From Candidatus Woesebacteria bacterium GW2011_GWF1_31_35 (GTDB lineage: Bacteria; Patescibacteriota; Microgenomatia; UBA8517), in NCBI GenBank assembly GCA_001029755.1, contig CP011214.1, forward strand, positions 1,754 through 65,753: a stretch of DNA of 64,000 bases. Direction: 5' to 3'. Made by a program: the position numbers and the translations under genes. The notes under the pieces are model-generated. The model saw only the letters and a program-made list of their open reading frames with translations. It made no database searches and was not told the DNA's origin. Of the stretch, positions 42,065 through 51,120 are shown piece by piece (the first letter of the stretch is position 1; each line of letters starts with the position of its first letter).

Positions 42065-42274
42065 ATGGAAATTCCTAGGCATTGGAGACTAAAACAATCA
42101 AGGTACAATCTTTTGGGGGAAATGTGTCCCAATCCTGATTGCCAAGAATTTATATTTCCTCCTAGAGATGTCTGTCCAAACTGTAAAGGTGAGGCAAAAA
42201 TTAAACCTAATGAAATCAGTGGAGCAATATATGATAGAACTCTTAGATTAGCTGGTAGTACCAAGCAAGGCTAA
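42065..42274 (+). CDS. DUF35_N-like rubredoxin zinc-ribbon protein (no OB-fold domain)
   Basis: MEIPRHWRL..RYNLLGEMC....C..FIFPPRDVCPNC is the DUF35 N-terminal signature; start set at ATG 42065. Confidence 0.75.
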   Translation: MEIPRHWRLKQSRYNLLGEMCPNPDCQEFIFPPRDVCPNCKGEAKIKPNEISGAIYDRTLRLAGSTKQG

Positions 42275-43105
42275 ATTTAATTCTGATACTTGTTCATATA
42301 TTTTGTCTTCATCTTTTATATATTCATTATATTTAGTAATTATTTCTTTTACCCCAGATCTAACAACTTCTTTTGATAATAAAATTTCTTTAGAAGAAAT
42401 AAACGAATGGTCTTTGACCTTAAAACTTGAAAAATCATTTGAATTTAAAAAATTATCAGAAATTTCCAAATGATATACAGAAACTTTAATATCAGCGATA
42501 GAAAGATGCATAAAAGGCTTTGGATTTTCAGGAATAATCTCAGTTGGGATATTTTTATTAACTGCCAATTCTGAATATACTTCTTGTTGAAGCACTCTTA
42601 ATATTGACGTCTTTGGATCTTCACTATCACTTGAATAGGTCATTGGTAAAGTTTTAGATCCTGTAGGTTTTCCTAATTCTATCTTTGGTGGAGTTATATC
42701 CTCACCCATTAAGATACTGTTTTTCTGATTCTTAGGTGTAATTACTAAAGCTGTACCAAATCTTCTGGTTACTCCAGTTTTTACATTATGTAGGATTCTA
42801 TGCATTGTAGAAAGAGAAGTTTTAAATGATGGAGGAAGCTTTTTAAAAAGTCTTTCCATTGGAATTTGATTGTCTGAAAGAAGTGTTAAAAAAGTTAAAG
42901 TTTCAGATAATTTACTATTAGGTCCTGCTGATTTAATAATCCCCCATCTTTTAATTAAATGGTGCATTCCAGGATATGATATTGGTAAATCATAATTAGT
43001 AACCCTAAAAACTTCATCAACCGAACCATATTTAAGATAAAGTCTAATTATATTTTTGTAAAAATCATTTTCTCTTTCTCTAATTTCTGTTTCTTGAAAC
43101 ATCAT
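42248..43105 (-). CDS. Hypothetical protein: N-terminal HTH-like region + degenerate Nudix-like domain
   Basis: ISYPGMHHLIKRWG and SLSTMHRIL look like recognition helices; TLPMTYSSDSEDPKTSILRVLQQEV resembles a decayed Nudix box. Confidence 0.5.
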   Translation of the reverse strand: MMFQETEIRERENDFYKNIIRLYLKYGSVDEVFRVTNYDLPISYPGMHHLIKRWGIIKSAGPNSKLSETLTFLTLLSDNQIPMERLFKKLPPSFKTSLSTMHRILHNVKTGVTRRFGTALVITPKNQKNSILMGEDITPPKIELGKPTGSKTLPMTYSSDSEDPKTSILRVLQQEVYSELAVNKNIPTEIIPENPKPFMHLSIADIKVSVYHLEISDNFLNSNDFSSFKVKDHSFISSKEILLSKEVVRSGVKEIITKYNEYIKDEDKIYEQVSELNLALLGTTS

Positions 43106-43121
43106 ATGAGTGAAGATATTA

Positions 43122-44243
43122 CTACTTTTTCTTCCAAATTACCTTTGTATACATAAGGTAGTTATATGGTAAGACTAGAAATGCAACAACAAAAGCAAGA
43201 ACTAAAAAGTCGTACTTTTCTCCAACTAATTTTGTCCCAATTGGTCCTGCAATTGATTGAATAATTAAAGCCCCTGCTGAAGTTAAATTAAATTGTAAAA
43301 ACTTTAAAACTATCGCCTTTACGCCTTTAATTTCACTATCTTTAAATGTCCAAATATTATTAAAAATATAATTGTTAAAAATTGCAAGCTCTGTTGATAA
43401 AAGCCAAACTAAAACTTCTGTTAATCCTAAATTTCTAAATACTCTTAAAAATATAAAATTAACAATAAACCCAGTTCCTCCAACTATTCCAAACTTTATA
43501 ATTTTTTGTTTATCTTTTATTCCTAAAATAATTGCAACTTTAAAAGTTGAAATCATTTCTTTAGGATTAAACTTTGATTTTTCCATTGTACGAGGTGCAA
43601 ATTCCAAAGGAACTTCAACTGTTTTTTTAGAAAGTTTTATTGATTGATATAAAAGATCTACTTTATAAGCAAATCTAGTAGGTTCCATTAATTTTTCAAG
43701 CTTAATTTTATCAAGCACCCCTTTTACTCTAGTTAGTCTAAAACCAGTAGTTAAATCATGAAGAGATGGTTTAAGTAAAACTAACCTAATAAAAAGATTA
43801 CCAAAAAAACTTACAGCTTTTCGAGATAGCGCCCATTCTTTTGGAACAGATCCTCCTTTAACATAACGGCTTCCAATACAATAATCAGCACCACTTAAAT
43901 ATGCCTCTACCATTGGTTTAACAAATCTTGGAGGATGTTGAAAATCAGCATCCATTTCCATTACAGCATCAGCATTGAGTTTTTCCATTGCAAATTGCAT
44001 TCCTCTAATATAAGCCCAACCTAATCCTTCCTTTTGTTTTTGAAGTAAATGTAAGTTTTTATATTTAGATTGATATCCTTCTACCTTTTTTCCTGTTCCG
44101 TCTGGAGAATAATCGTCAACTATCAAAAGATGCATATCAGCATCTTTTATCTTTGGAAATTCTTCTCCAAAAAGAGCTTCAATCATCCTCCCAATATTTT
44201 CTGCCTCGTTATAGGCAGGCATTACTATTACTATCTTTTGCAT
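43122..44243 (-). CDS. Polyprenol-phosphate mannose synthase (Dpm1/Ppm1-like GT2) fused to a GtrA flippase domain
   Basis: PAYNEAENI, VDDYSPDGT, GLGWAY, MDADFQH, GSRYV.GG, DLTTGFR; C-terminal IKFGIVGG...NYIFNNIWTF (GtrA). Confidence 0.85.
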   Translation of the reverse strand: MQKIVIVMPAYNEAENIGRMIEALFGEEFPKIKDADMHLLIVDDYSPDGTGKKVEGYQSKYKNLHLLQKQKEGLGWAYIRGMQFAMEKLNADAVMEMDADFQHPPRFVKPMVEAYLSGADYCIGSRYVKGGSVPKEWALSRKAVSFFGNLFIRLVLLKPSLHDLTTGFRLTRVKGVLDKIKLEKLMEPTRFAYKVDLLYQSIKLSKKTVEVPLEFAPRTMEKSKFNPKEMISTFKVAIILGIKDKQKIIKFGIVGGTGFIVNFIFLRVFRNLGLTEVLVWLLSTELAIFNNYIFNNIWTFKDSEIKGVKAIVLKFLQFNLTSAGALIIQSIAGPIGTKLVGEKYDFLVLAFVVAFLVLPYNYLMYTKVIWKKK

Positions 44244-44253
44244 ATTAAATTAA

Positions 44254-44279
44254 ACTTTATCATCTTAAACTGGTAAAAT
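44254..44279. promoter_or_regulatory. Back-to-back extended -10 promoters between the dpm-gtrA gene and trmD
   Basis: Minus strand TGaTAAAGT (44262-44254); plus strand TGgTAAAAT (44271-44279) 9 nt before the trmD ATG. Confidence 0.6.
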
Positions 44280-44288
44280 ACAAGAGAC

Positions 44289-44939
44289 ATGTTAAAAATC
44301 GATATAATTACACTTTTTTCAAAAATGTTTGTTGGTCCATTAAATGAATCAATTATGTGGAGAGCGCAAGATAAAAAATTTATTGAGTTAAACATAGTTG
44401 ACCTAAGACAATTTGGAATAACAGAAAGAAAAACTGTAGACAATAGACCATATGGGGGTGGTGCTGGAATGATTTTAAGAATTGATGTAATTGATAATTG
44501 TCTTAAATCAATTAAGGCAAAACCAAAAACTAAAGATACCAAAATTGTTCTTTTAGATGCTGGGGGAGAAAAGTTTACCCAAAAGAAAGCTTATGAATAT
44601 TCTAGTTTAAAAAGACTGATTTTAATTTGTGGCCATTATGAAGGAATTGATCACAGGGTTCATGAAAATTTAGTAGACGAAATAATATCAATTGGAGATT
44701 ATGTTTTAACAGGTGGGGAAATTCCTGCTATGGTTGTTGCAGATACAGTAACAAGATTGGTTCCTGGAGTTATTAAAGAAAAATCTTTGAAAGAAGAATC
44801 TTTTTCAGATTCTTTAGAAGAAGTGACTGAATACCCCCAATATACTAGACCAGAAATATATAAAAACTTAAAAGTACCGAGTGTTCTATTAACTGGAAAT
44901 CATAAAAAAATTGATAAATGGAGAAAAATAAAGAAATAA
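44289..44939 (+). CDS. trmD: tRNA (guanine37-N1)-methyltransferase
   Basis: DNRPYGGGAGM, ICGHYEGIDHRV, SIGDYVLTGGE, EYPQYTRP, LLTGNH. Confidence 0.97.
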   Translation: MLKIDIITLFSKMFVGPLNESIMWRAQDKKFIELNIVDLRQFGITERKTVDNRPYGGGAGMILRIDVIDNCLKSIKAKPKTKDTKIVLLDAGGEKFTQKKAYEYSSLKRLILICGHYEGIDHRVHENLVDEIISIGDYVLTGGEIPAMVVADTVTRLVPGVIKEKSLKEESFSDSLEEVTEYPQYTRPEIYKNLKVPSVLLTGNHKKIDKWRKIKK

Positions 44940-44944
44940 ATCTT

Positions 44945-45856
44945 TTAAACTTTACTTCTTTTTATAAACTCATCAACCATTTCTCTCCAGGTTTTAAATT
45001 TAATTCCTAATTTTTCTTGAGTAATTTCAGTCTTTAAACCTCCAAGTCTTGAACGTGGAGTTCGTCCTTCTACTTTTAAAAATTCTTCCATTGATCCTTT
45101 TTGAACAACATTAGTAACTCCCCTAGCTTTTTCAAGTAAATAACTAACAAATTCAAATGGAGTTGTAGTATCAGATGAAACAACATGATAAATTCCAGTT
45201 TGTTTAATTTCGATAATTTTTTCTAATGCCGGAGTTAAATCGTCAATCAAAAGAGGTGTTAAAATTTGATCTGTAAAAATTGGGAATAATTTTCCTTCAT
45301 CAAAGAGTTTTAAATAACTTTTTGCGTAATCTAACTTCAAATCACAATTTTCTCCATAAAAAGGATATGCGATTCTAACAATTGCATACTTACATCCTGA
45401 ATTTCTAACTACAAACTCAGATCTATTTTTAGTCCATCCATACCAACCCATTTTTTCAGTTAATTTGTCAGGTGTTAATGATCTTTCGGAATATGGACCA
45501 GGATAATCAGAGGTTCCATTGAAAACAAAGTCAGTCGAAATTTGTATTAAAAATTTATTATATTTTTTACATGCTTTTGCTAAATTTTCAGGACCATCCA
45601 CATTTAATCTATAACAAAAACCATTTTCATCTCCTCTTTCTTTTTCAGCTACATCAACATTAGTAAAACCAGCAAAGTTAACAACTGCATCAAAATTATC
45701 TTTTTCCATTTCAAAAAAATCATTAACTATCTTTTCATCAGTTATGTCTAATTCAATTTCATTTGGAGCCACCTTTCTATTAGATAAAATAGATGAAGCA
45801 AATTTAGAACCCACTAAGCCGGAAGATCCAATTATAAGTAACTTTTTCATATTCAT
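44945..45856 (-). CDS. rmlD: dTDP-4-dehydrorhamnose reductase
   Basis: GSSGLVG, LDITD, TNVDVAE, ISTDFVFNG, YGWTK. Confidence 0.85.
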   Translation of the reverse strand: MNMKKLLIIGSSGLVGSKFASSILSNRKVAPNEIELDITDEKIVNDFFEMEKDNFDAVVNFAGFTNVDVAEKERGDENGFCYRLNVDGPENLAKACKKYNKFLIQISTDFVFNGTSDYPGPYSERSLTPDKLTEKMGWYGWTKNRSEFVVRNSGCKYAIVRIAYPFYGENCDLKLDYAKSYLKLFDEGKLFPIFTDQILTPLLIDDLTPALEKIIEIKQTGIYHVVSSDTTTPFEFVSYLLEKARGVTNVVQKGSMEEFLKVEGRTPRSRLGGLKTEITQEKLGIKFKTWREMVDEFIKRSKV

Positions 45857-46431
45857 TTAAATTTATCTGGAAAAAGTTCTCTTAATTTAGGATTGTTTTG
45901 ATCACGTTCTGAAAGAATTGGGTTATCAACTGGCCATTTTATAGCAAGGTCTGGATCATCCCATGCAACCCCTTTGGCTTTTGCATCGTCCCAATATTCA
46001 TCAATTAAATAAAAATAATGCATCATCTCGTTCCCAAGTGTACAGATTGAATTACCAATTCCACCAGAAGGCAGGAATAATGCCTGCCTTGGGGAATCTT
46101 CTTTTGTATTATCAATTGTTATATATTCTACTTTTCCAAAAGTAGAAGATTCTGGTCTCAAATCCACAATTGGAGCATATAGAATTCCAGTTACAGGATA
46201 AATTAATTTATTCCAATCTTCACTATGAACTGCCTTAATTACTCCTGGTTTTATATAGGCATGTGTCCACTGGACAGGATTAAACTCAATGCCTGTTGCT
46301 GCCTTTAATTCTTCTTTATTATAAGGCTCATGAAGAAATCCTCGACTATCACCCAAGATTGGTCTTTGAATCAAAACAACCCCATCAATTGAAGTCTTGA
46401 TAATATGTTTCTCTGGATCAAATCTCATCAT
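45853..46431 (-). CDS. rmlC: dTDP-4-dehydrorhamnose 3,5-epimerase
   Basis: DSRGFL, VH...KL, VDLRPESSTFGK, WDDPDLAIKWP, ILSERD. Confidence 0.85.
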   Translation of the reverse strand: MMRFDPEKHIIKTSIDGVVLIQRPILGDSRGFLHEPYNKEELKAATGIEFNPVQWTHAYIKPGVIKAVHSEDWNKLIYPVTGILYAPIVDLRPESSTFGKVEYITIDNTKEDSPRQALFLPSGGIGNSICTLGNEMMHYFYLIDEYWDDAKAKGVAWDDPDLAIKWPVDNPILSERDQNNPKLRELFPDKFK

Positions 46432-46447
46432 ACTTATAAATATGATT

Positions 46448-47035
46448 TTAGTTTAAATTGGTGTTAATTTCAACGAGGTTATTAGTTTTTTCTAATAAAT
46501 TTTGAAAATATTCTTTACCATCATCAGTATTTTCCTCAGGTGCCCAACTGGCAAACTCCTTATCAGTTTCTGCTATATATCCACCCTTTGCCTGCCTTTT
46601 TGACTCCAATATTACAAATGGCTCATCAGATATGATAGTATGCCAAATATTTGGTCTTATTGTAACAATGTTTTTTCCCACTTCTGACAACTTAACAACT
46701 TTATTAACTTTTCCATCATCATCAAACATGACAACTGAAGCTTTTCCTTTTAATAGTCTAAAAGATTCTGTTTTTTCAAGCTCATTATGTTTATGGGGTC
46801 TAACATAGTTCTCGGTAGAAATTGCATTAATCATTAAGTGTTGTTCTGCCTTAAGTGAATCATGAATTCTAAAAATAAATCTTCCTCTTTCAGAAACCTT
46901 GGCAATTCCTAATGCTAAATTTGCTAAATCTTTTGAAAGATAATCGCCTTTGTGTGATTTAATATATTTATCTAAATCAACAGCAGAAGGTATTGATCCA
47001 TCAAAATCTTTTTTAATTGAATCCAGAGGTTCCAT
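46448..47035 (-). CDS. WbuC-family cupin-fold metalloprotein
   Basis: SERGR....H, YVRPHKH, KTESF..LKG, FDDDG, WHT, E, FASWAPEE. Confidence 0.8.
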   Translation of the reverse strand: MEPLDSIKKDFDGSIPSAVDLDKYIKSHKGDYLSKDLANLALGIAKVSERGRFIFRIHDSLKAEQHLMINAISTENYVRPHKHNELEKTESFRLLKGKASVVMFDDDGKVNKVVKLSEVGKNIVTIRPNIWHTIISDEPFVILESKRQAKGGYIAETDKEFASWAPEENTDDGKEYFQNLLEKTNNLVEINTNLN

Positions 47036-47051
47036 TTTTAAATTAAAGAAA

Positions 47052-47930
47052 TTATTTACCAGAACGAATTAAGCCTAATTCCTCACGAGCAAAATTAACT
47101 GATTCAGCAACCATTGCATCAGGAGTTCTAAAAACATCTATCCGAACTGCCATTTTGCCAAAAAGTTTCTCACCTTCCTGTTTTATTTCATCCCCCACTC
47201 TTTCAAATTTTGAAAAACCTACTCCTACCAAACTAGCAACACTTGCCCTATTAAACGATTTTTTATCAAAAACAGGTTTATCTATGGCTATTCCAGCTTC
47301 TTCCATTGCCTCTCTTTTTGCAACATCTTCAGTTGTATCTCCTACAAATTGTGCAAAACCACCAGGTACTGTTAAAAACCACATACCTGTTTTCAATGCT
47401 TTGTATTCTTCAATTTCTTTAGGATCAGTTAGATTATCTGGAATGATTATTTTTGCATCCCAAGCAGCTGGTCTCCATTGCCAAAAACAATGGACATAAT
47501 AGTCATCATTAATTTTTTCAATTGGGGCAACTAAAGATCCTGGAGTTGCAATACCTGTTCTTGTGTCTAACTTTCCATCTTGCCACAAAAGACCATCATT
47601 AAGATAGTTGATAAGATTTCCCTCAGTATCATACTCTACAACGGCGTAGTGTTGTACTGAACCAAAGTTTGGATTTTTTAATCCAGAGTTATCAATATTC
47701 CAACCAATACCCTTTTTCTTTTCATTTTCAGAATTATGATTGTCAATAAAATCATTAATCCAATCCTTTATTAATGTAACTGGTAGTAAAGTTTGCCTTG
47801 GTCTTTCTATTGGCTCGGAAGGAAGAACATCATAATATGAAACCTCCCCAATTTTAAAATTAGGCTCAATAGAAATCGTTTTCCTATTTTCAGAACTATA
47901 TTTTTCAATAGGTAATTTAACTTCTACCAT
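47052..47930 (-). CDS. Nudix hydrolase
   Basis: PGGFAQFVGDTTEDVAKREAMEEAGI contains the REUxEExG Nudix helix. Confidence 0.75.
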   Translation of the reverse strand: MVEVKLPIEKYSSENRKTISIEPNFKIGEVSYYDVLPSEPIERPRQTLLPVTLIKDWINDFIDNHNSENEKKKGIGWNIDNSGLKNPNFGSVQHYAVVEYDTEGNLINYLNDGLLWQDGKLDTRTGIATPGSLVAPIEKINDDYYVHCFWQWRPAAWDAKIIIPDNLTDPKEIEEYKALKTGMWFLTVPGGFAQFVGDTTEDVAKREAMEEAGIAIDKPVFDKKSFNRASVASLVGVGFSKFERVGDEIKQEGEKLFGKMAVRIDVFRTPDAMVAESVNFAREELGLIRSGK

Positions 47931-47938
47931 ATTTGTGT

Positions 47939-47967
47939 ATTTTACTTAAAAAAATGAATCTAGTCAA
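47939..47967 (-). promoter_or_regulatory. Sigma70-type internal promoter TTGACT-17bp-TAAAAT
   Basis: -35 at 47967-47962, -10 at 47944-47939, 8 nt before the Nudix ATG. Confidence 0.7.
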
Positions 47968-47986
47968 GACTACAGGGTGTATTTTA

Positions 47987-49903
47987 TTAAAGTTTCAACC
48001 CTTTAATTTCCATGAGATTAAGGCGTGTTAATGCCGAAAGAAAGTATGCATCATCACATTTATTAATTAAATCAGAAAGTTTTTCAATAGGCCAAAGAAC
48101 TATTCCCTCATCTTCTTCAAATTTATCTCCTTTTTTGACATCTGTATAAAGTTCATTTGAAAGATCAACAACAATTGCATATAAATTAGGTTTATTGTTT
48201 GTCATACCGGAATCAGGGTTGAGTCTTCCTAAAGAAATTATTTGATCTAAAACAGCATCATTATTCGCAACACTTAAATTTAAATCTTTTTGTAAAGACC
48301 TAACTATAAAATCCAAAACTGACTCATTTAGGGTTGGAAGTCCTCCTGGAAGAGTGTATTCAATTGCTCCTGTTGGAAATTTTAATTCTCTTTGTGTCGC
48401 CAAATGTGTAATTTCTCCCCTTCTTTTAATCAAAACTAATAGTTTTGCACCTGATTTGGGTCCCCAACCCCAAGAATAGTACCCTTCCATTCTTTTCTCT
48501 TTCTTGGTATTTTCAACTTCAAACCAAGATCCAATACCATATATCCCATATTTTGGATCTCCATGTTCAATTTTTTCTAGGCTTAGGATAGTGTCCCCAT
48601 CTAAATGGTCTTCTCTTCCTGCTAAATCTTCAACATAACCAAAAGTTGAAGGGTTAATTCCTAGAGATTTAATTTCCTTTTTAATTTTCTCTGAACTATT
48701 TTGGTACCATTTTTTACTTTCCAGATTTCTAATAACAATTTCATATCTAATTAGATTTTGTTCAACAAAATGTTTCTCGGTATCAATTTTTCCTACAGAA
48801 CTAGCTACACCCTTGCTATCATCATTTTTTTCAACTTTTCCGAAAACAAATTTAGTTTTACCCGATTCTCTATCAAGAGAGATATAGGCTGAAATAGTCT
48901 TTGAAGAATCCATTATCATTGCTTTCCTTTTAAGAAGAGGTCTCCACCAATCTTGGTTTTCCCTATACCATTTGATTGTTTCTTTTAACCCTTCATTAAA
49001 ATCATCTCTTCCAATTTTTGGCTTCCAACCTAATTCTTCTATAATTTTTGTAGCATCAATTGCGTATCTTCTATCATTACTATGGCGATCAGAAACGTTA
49101 CGAATCATATTTTCATTAGCACCATATAGATTAACTATCTTTTTAGCAATATAACCATTACTTCTGTCATTATTAGATCCCACTAAATATGTTTCTCCCT
49201 TTTTACCTTTTTCTAAAATTAATTCAATTGCAGAGGAATGATCTCTGGTATGAATCCAATCTCTGACATTTCTACCATCTCCATGAAGTGGAACTTTAAT
49301 ATTGTCAATTAGATTACAAATAACTATTGGTGCAAACTTTTCAGGAAATTGAAATGGTCCATAATTATTTGAACAGTTTGAAATTGTAATATACATTTTA
49401 GTTTTTTCATAAAAATCCATAACAATCCTATCTGCTTCAGCTTTTGACAATGCATATAAATTATCAGGTCTTGGAGAATATGGAGTTTTTTCAGTAAATT
49501 TAAGATCTGAATCTAAAGGAAGTTCTCCGTAAACTTCATCAGTTGATATTTGATGGAACCTGGTAACTCCTGCTTTTTCTGCTTCTTCCAGTAAAGTTAA
49601 TGTTCCATGAACATTTGTTTGCCAATAAGTTGAAGGATCAAAAACAGATCTATCAACATGACTTTCAGCAGCAAAATGAACCAAAGTGTCAACCCCCTTT
49701 AAGCTTTCTGAAACTATTTTTCTGTTATTGATATCTCCTTCAATAAACTCAATTTTTTTTGAAATTGGTCGAAGTGTTTCAAAATTTCCAGCATAGGTTA
49801 ACGAATCCAATACTTTAATTTTATCTTTAGGATGTTTTTCTAGCCAATAATAGGTAAAATTTGAACCAATGAATCCTGCACCCCCTGTTATTAAAATATT
49901 CAT
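47987..49903 (-). CDS. rmlB: dTDP-glucose 4,6-dehydratase fused to a C-terminal degenerate Nudix-like domain
   Basis: TGGAGFIGSNF, FAAESHVDRS, STDEVYG, YALSK, SNNYGP.QFPEK, RDWIH, DRRYAID in the first ~325 aa; extra ~310 aa contains YTLPGG...ES...RSLQKD...LGRLNPDSGMT. Confidence 0.9.
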   Translation of the reverse strand: MNILITGGAGFIGSNFTYYWLEKHPKDKIKVLDSLTYAGNFETLRPISKKIEFIEGDINNRKIVSESLKGVDTLVHFAAESHVDRSVFDPSTYWQTNVHGTLTLLEEAEKAGVTRFHQISTDEVYGELPLDSDLKFTEKTPYSPRPDNLYALSKAEADRIVMDFYEKTKMYITISNCSNNYGPFQFPEKFAPIVICNLIDNIKVPLHGDGRNVRDWIHTRDHSSAIELILEKGKKGETYLVGSNNDRSNGYIAKKIVNLYGANENMIRNVSDRHSNDRRYAIDATKIIEELGWKPKIGRDDFNEGLKETIKWYRENQDWWRPLLKRKAMIMDSSKTISAYISLDRESGKTKFVFGKVEKNDDSKGVASSVGKIDTEKHFVEQNLIRYEIVIRNLESKKWYQNSSEKIKKEIKSLGINPSTFGYVEDLAGREDHLDGDTILSLEKIEHGDPKYGIYGIGSWFEVENTKKEKRMEGYYSWGWGPKSGAKLLVLIKRRGEITHLATQRELKFPTGAIEYTLPGGLPTLNESVLDFIVRSLQKDLNLSVANNDAVLDQIISLGRLNPDSGMTNNKPNLYAIVVDLSNELYTDVKKGDKFEEDEGIVLWPIEKLSDLINKCDDAYFLSALTRLNLMEIKGLKL

Positions 49904-50781
49904 TTTAAATCGAGAGTTTTTAGATACTCTCTAAAATCACCATTTAGATCTTTGTGTTTTAGAGCGAACTCAACAACAGTTTTTAGATATTCCAATTTAT
50001 TACCTGTGTCATAGTAAACTCCGTTTTCAATTTCACAAGCATATATTGGAATTCCTTGTTTTCTTAAGACATTAATTGCATCAACTAACCATATTTCTCC
50101 ACCCTTGGAAGGTTTTAGGTCTCTTAATGCTGGAAAAATTTCGGGAGGTAAAATATAGGCTCCATGTGTAGCTAAATTGGAAGGAGCTTCTTCAGGAAGT
50201 GGTTTTTCAATTATTTCTTTAATCTTAAAGACTCTATCCTCAACTGGTTCCAAGTCTGCAATGCCATATCTTGATAGTCTATCTTTAGACTCAATCCTAA
50301 CCCCAGAGATAACAACTCCTCCATATTTTTCATATACTTTCATCATTTGTTGTAGTCTTGGAGGATTAGAACTAATAAATTCATCGCCCCAAAGGACTGC
50401 AAAACTTTCCTTCCCTATAACAGACTCAGCAGATAAAACTGGGGTTCCATTACCATAAAGGCCTTTCTGTCTTACATATATAAAATTAGCCATTTCAGCA
50501 ATTCTTTTAACTTCTTCCAAGAGCTTTTCTTTGCCACCTTGAATAAGATTATTAATTAAATCGGCATTTGGCATATCGAAATGATCTTCAATTGCTCTTT
50601 TTGAAGAACCAGTAACAATTACAATGTCTTTAATTCCACTCTCAACAGCTTCTTCAACAACATATTGAATAACAGGTTTATCTACGATTGGAAGCATTTC
50701 CTTTGGCATAGCTTTAGTTTGGGGTAGAAATCTAGTTCCAAAGCCTGCTGCGGGTATTACTGCCTTTGTTACCTTTTTCAT
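49900..50781 (-). CDS. galU: UTP--glucose-1-phosphate uridylyltransferase (GalU family)
   Basis: KAVIPAAGFGTRFLPQTKAMPKEMLPIVDKP, KRAIEDHFD, EKP...APSNLA, GGEIWLVDAI. Confidence 0.9.
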   Translation of the reverse strand: MKKVTKAVIPAAGFGTRFLPQTKAMPKEMLPIVDKPVIQYVVEEAVESGIKDIVIVTGSSKRAIEDHFDMPNADLINNLIQGGKEKLLEEVKRIAEMANFIYVRQKGLYGNGTPVLSAESVIGKESFAVLWGDEFISSNPPRLQQMMKVYEKYGGVVISGVRIESKDRLSRYGIADLEPVEDRVFKIKEIIEKPLPEEAPSNLATHGAYILPPEIFPALRDLKPSKGGEIWLVDAINVLRKQGIPIYACEIENGVYYDTGNKLEYLKTVVEFALKHKDLNGDFREYLKTLDLK

Positions 50782-50827
50782 AAGCTTAGCTTGTCTTTCA
50801 TATAGGGTACTTGTGATTATACAGAAC

Positions 50828-51088
50828 CTAACCTCTTAAAATCAATGATAGGATCATAACAAGACCTAAAATTGCAACAGCTACGTATTCTAAAATTACG
50901 GAAAGGTATATATCTTTATGAATTACATGATGAATTATTCCCCAAGAAACATATGATCCGGCTAATGCAATAGCTACTCCAATTTGAAAACTTTTATCAT
51001 ATGAGAATAAATAAAATCCTAAAACTCCTGCAAAAAATATTGCAAATAAAGAAATATAGTGAGGTATATGTTTTTTAAATGATTTCAT
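50828..51088 (-). CDS. Small 3-TM hypothetical membrane protein
   Basis: 86 aa with three hydrophobic helices; YVSWGIIHH...LEY. Confidence 0.7.
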   Translation of the reverse strand: MKSFKKHIPHYISLFAIFFAGVLGFYLFSYDKSFQIGVAIALAGSYVSWGIIHHVIHKDIYLSVILEYVAVAILGLVMILSLILRG

Positions 51089-51120
51089 ATTAATTTTTAA
51101 AAAATTTTATTTATAAATGT

